A stretch of DNA of 64,000 bases from Phallusia mammillata (lineage: Eukaryota), in the NCBI GenBank assembly GCA_965637545.1, contig OZ281495.1, positions 23,126,001 to 23,190,000 of the forward strand, given 5' to 3'. Shown here piece by piece: positions 60,101 to 64,000 of the stretch; positions within the stretch are counted from its first letter, which is position 1; every line of letters begins with the position of its first letter. The notes under the pieces are model-generated. The model was not told the origin of the DNA, did not search any database, and saw only the letters and a list, made by a program, of their open reading frames with translations. The position numbers and the translations under genes were made by a program.

Positions 60101-62430
60101 CAATGGGATCGCTTTGTGTCGCTTGCGTCGTGCCGACTGTTTACGGAGATTTACTTATTCCTCATTTACGTAAATCGTTTTTGGTGCCTGTCGCATATTG
60201 CAACGTCTTTTTTACTTGGAAATTTTTTCAAGTTCCCACACACGTAACTCTTGAAGGAAATAAATCAAATAAATCAATATCTATTCACCTTTGGCAAAGT
60301 AAACATGACATAAATATTTCAGTCTCATAATCTCTTTCAACAGTCCGTAATAGCGTTTTTTGGCTGTCTCAAGCAATTTTGGCACCTTATACCTGAATTG
60401 TATTTTAAACATTTTTCGATTCCACATAAAAGTTGTGCAACTGAAAATACACGATAGCTGAGTAATCCACGAGTCAAGCAGGCAATATATCGCCTTGTTG
60501 ATAGTCGACACGATCCCAGTTGTTACCAATCCGACTTAGCAAAATTGTGTATGTTTGGTCACGACAATCTCTTGACTACAAAACAACATTCTTGTCTAGC
60601 TTTGCAAATTCTGACGTCTGCTGTCGCGGATCAGTCTGTAATTAATATCGTCTTAACCGTCCCGCCCTCCAGTCCACAGAATGATATGCGACGGAACCGC
60701 AAGGACAAAATACCTTAAAATTTTGTTTTCTTGTTACCTAAAACAAAAATATACGCAGCTGCAAATGTACACGTTTTAAATCGTCTACAATTACGAGCCA
60801 ATTACCAAACGACAACGCCCACACAATTTTTTAATATTCAGCACTCTAATCTGTATGATCCAAATTAAACATATGCTTCAAACCAAACAAACATGCGTTG
60901 CCTAACTAGAAAACAATATTGTATACATGATCATGTGGTAGAATAGCGTCGTGTTTTGTGTGGTTGCTTAAACACAAACCTAAACCTCTAAACCAGGCAT
61001 AAGTCATGAATCATCTTGACAACGGCAAACGCCATTTACACGGTATATAAACCAGGCAGTTGATTATTGCTACCATCGTATAAATAGTACTCAAAGCAAC
61101 AATTTAAATCCGGCTTGGTGTGCCATATACCACCTTACTCGGAAATTGCTTTTTACAAAATAAACCAACCCCAATTTAACGTTCCAAACCTTTACTGGCG
61201 ATACATGAAACTCGAAAAGTGCAACAGCAGTATAAGAATATTTTTTTACTATTTATGATTACGACCACAATAATTTTCGGTATTTTTGCAATATGTAGTC
61301 AGTACCAGGATATTGCTGAGTCAAATCGTGGACAAATTTATATTTATATACATAGCAGGTATCAAACGATATTCAAGCTGTTACTTTACCTTGTCATTTT
61401 ATTCGCATGTGCCGTCTATTTCAGCTACCCAGTGATCACGTCGGGTTTGAAATTCCACTGCTGTGCTGTGTTCATCTTCATCCATCATCGCTTCGACGCC
61501 GAAAGGTTGGCCGCGCTAAGAAGGTTTGTTGATGCACCTATCATGTACACAACTCGCACGCGCACGCAGGTTTTCGGGCCTTGAAATTAGGGCAGAGCAC
61601 GGGACTGCTTTCCCCGCTAATCCGTGTTGTGTCATAACAGAAGTGCGAGTCTGAATATTTTACTCCTCTCTTCGACTCTTTGTGATCGCGCGATGCGTCA
61701 GACGATACAAACTGGCGGTTGAAAAGTTCAAATGTTACATTTAATTTTGCTCATTTCTGTAACGCTAGAATTTCGGTTTTGTTACTTGAACGCTTCTTAT
61801 TTGGGACCCATGTGTTTCGCCATTTTATGCAAAGTGTTCTTGTTAAGAATACGAGATCTTTCTTATCGTTCTATCTGGGATTTCCGAAGCGGCCTAAACG
61901 TAACCTTTACTTCTGTCTTGAAAAAAGCTGATAGGGCCAACACATCTTTCGCCCTAAGCCCAAAAATTCTTTTTCACCCAAAACATTTTCTTAAAGTTTA
62001 TGTTTTAGTGGAGGTAGGTGTGATGAATAAACCGAAAGACAAACTCTTGTGAAAGAATTTTGTTTCCGAAACACAAAATATTATTGCCCGGCACTAACAG
62101 TAAGTTTCGGTGGAAGAAGAAATACAATTCGTCCTGTTTTCACTTCGGAATTTATTTAGATTAACTTTCCCCTTGCTTATTAATCTTGACCGACTCAAGG
62201 CCCCTTATGCTGTAATGCCAGCCTACACAGCAAGTAAAAACAGCACACCTTGTTGTACCTGTCATGTAACAAGTGGTGTTGGCAACGTTTTCGCAACTTT
62301 GCTCCTTTTTAGGGATTTCAAGACGCTTCTTAGGATTTCTGAGAAGTTGGTCACGTTTACTTCCGCAGATGTTAACAAGTGGGACGATGCTGTTTCTCTC
62401 ATCTCACAGCTTTCTCAGCTTTTCCGATAG
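57166..62430 (+). CDS. ERMARD: ER membrane-associated RNA degradation protein (C6orf70, DUF4209)
   Basis: [66 protein letters not shown] and last exon EKLVTFTSADVNKWDD (62313-62430). The penultimate exon 61359-61505 is assigned mainly by phase; GC donor at 58484. Confidence 0.9.
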
Positions 62431-63362
62431 CTGATACCGCGAACAGGTACCACCACTTAAAATTAGACATCGTGCTGTGTTGTGGATCTATTTTTAAAAT
62501 TTATAACCGTCTGCATAACATAGATCTAAACAGGCTACAATTTGTTGTCAATTTAAGGCGATAACGTCCCAAACCGGGGGTCGTATAATCGAATTACATG
62601 CCGATCTGGTGTTCGTTTTCACCGCTGCTAATGGGAGTGGAACTTTCCTTACTTTAGCATTTAAGTTTATCCAAACCGGTTTTGTTTCGTATTGTGCTAT
62701 TCACGTATGTTGTCCCTAATTCAAAAATTAAAGTAAAACTCGGTTTCAAAGTTCCTTCAATCTGAATTGAAAACTTTTACGCTGTTGCAAGGCGAGAAAC
62801 AAAATATACCAAACCTGAAATAAAAACAGCATCTCGTAACTGACGATGTGTCGTTGATAATAATGTGTATCAGGGCTCGTCCATGTATATCGCCACGGCA
62901 ATTTGCCGTATGTTTTCAGTTTCGTTATCAAGTTATGGCATGGACATATATAGATCTATATGTGGTGAAAGAATCACGTATCGCAATTTTCAATCACTTG
63001 TTTAGTCTTTCCGTTTTGCCCAGGAGCAGTTGCTTATGTCTTTGTGGCAAGAGGTGTTTCGGGATTCATAAACAAATGCCACCACGTGACGTCTTTTGCC
63101 AGGTGGCGCTTTCGATACCAGTAAACGAATAAACATGTGGGTTTAGGTTATGACTCGACCACTCGCTAAAACGCACAAACCAAACACCTTGTTTAAGTAT
63201 GTGCGTGGGATTATATGCAGTTGGTACCTGGAGGTTTCTCATTTGTGCCTTCACTTAAAACGTCGTTTAACTTTGCAAACGCTATTCTCTTTACCGCGAA
63301 ACATATTACAGCCCTTAATCTCAACAAACAGGTTACCTACACGATCAACTGTTATAAAGATT

Positions 63363-63480
63363 CTGACGGGAAACGGACGAGACAACATATTTGTAAAAAA
63401 CATGACGTTTAAGATTTACATAAGATGTGTCGAAACGTTATGTTCTTTACAAATATATCGTCTTGTCTGTTTCTTGTCAG
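63363..63480. repeat. Inverted repeat / long hairpin (48-bp arms, 22-nt loop)
   Basis: Arms 63363-63410 and 63433-63480 are reverse complements with about 8 mismatches, all transitions. Confidence 0.85.
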
Positions 63481-64000
63481 GTTTGGGTGTTTTTTCATAA
63501 AACCTAATATAGAACTTGATCTATGTTGGGTAACAGAAGAGGCAGGGTTCATAAGCCAAAAATTGATCGATTTGTCACGTGACACGTTTGACAGGATGAC
63601 CACAATGTCAGGCTGATTAATCTGTGTTTTACCATGGCAATATCGCGTTGTTATCGCTTATTACCCGATCACGTTTTCCCCAATCCGGGTTTTGCCCGCA
63701 CGCACACAGGGAAGTAAGTACTACAAGTTATTCATGCCCCTATTTCTGCTATGATCTTAACGACTGTTTCGTCGTGTGTTAGATTGTTATAGCCTACCTT
63801 TGTTTGTTTGACCAAAAATACATTAACAAATTTGAAGAGTTATGGCGATATGTGTTTCTTGGTGCATTTTACAAACACGATATTTACCATAAATGCAAAT
63901 TTGAGTCGAAAATGTTTTGGATTAGGAACTAAAAAAGTCTTACAGCTGACAAATCTATTCTTTATTTTTTCCGTCCCTGAATGCGTTCTCAGTTTTGTTT

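Overview
AT-rich, intron-dense eukaryotic genomic DNA with many 55-90 nt introns. An invertebrate chordate such as an ascidian is my inference; no database was consulted. In order, the window holds: (1) the 3' exons of an NKPD1/KIDINS220-type KAP P-loop NTPase gene; (2) a 3.6 kb CMC/EnSpm-like DNA transposon with perfect 15-bp TIRs, an internally deleted transposase, a spliced DUF4806-type gene and a 34-bp tandem array; (3) four SLC5A5/6/8/12-like sodium:solute symporter genes in +,-,+,- orientation plus a decayed fifth copy; (4) four tandem signal-peptide-bearing SOUL/HEBP-family genes; (5) an SH3BGR-family gene with a long tail; (6) a gene with two tandem 2OG-Fe(II) oxygenase-like domains, the first apparently catalytically dead; (7) ERMARD. 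Many MITEs and transposon fossils lie in introns and between genes. The most interesting signals are the shared charged-residue remodelling of the predicted SLC5 substrate pocket, the pseudo-enzyme/enzyme tandem oxygenase, a collapsed intron in SLC5 copy 1, and a MITE inserted inside a 5' splice site. All protein comparisons were made by eye from recalled sequences and need confirming by alignment.
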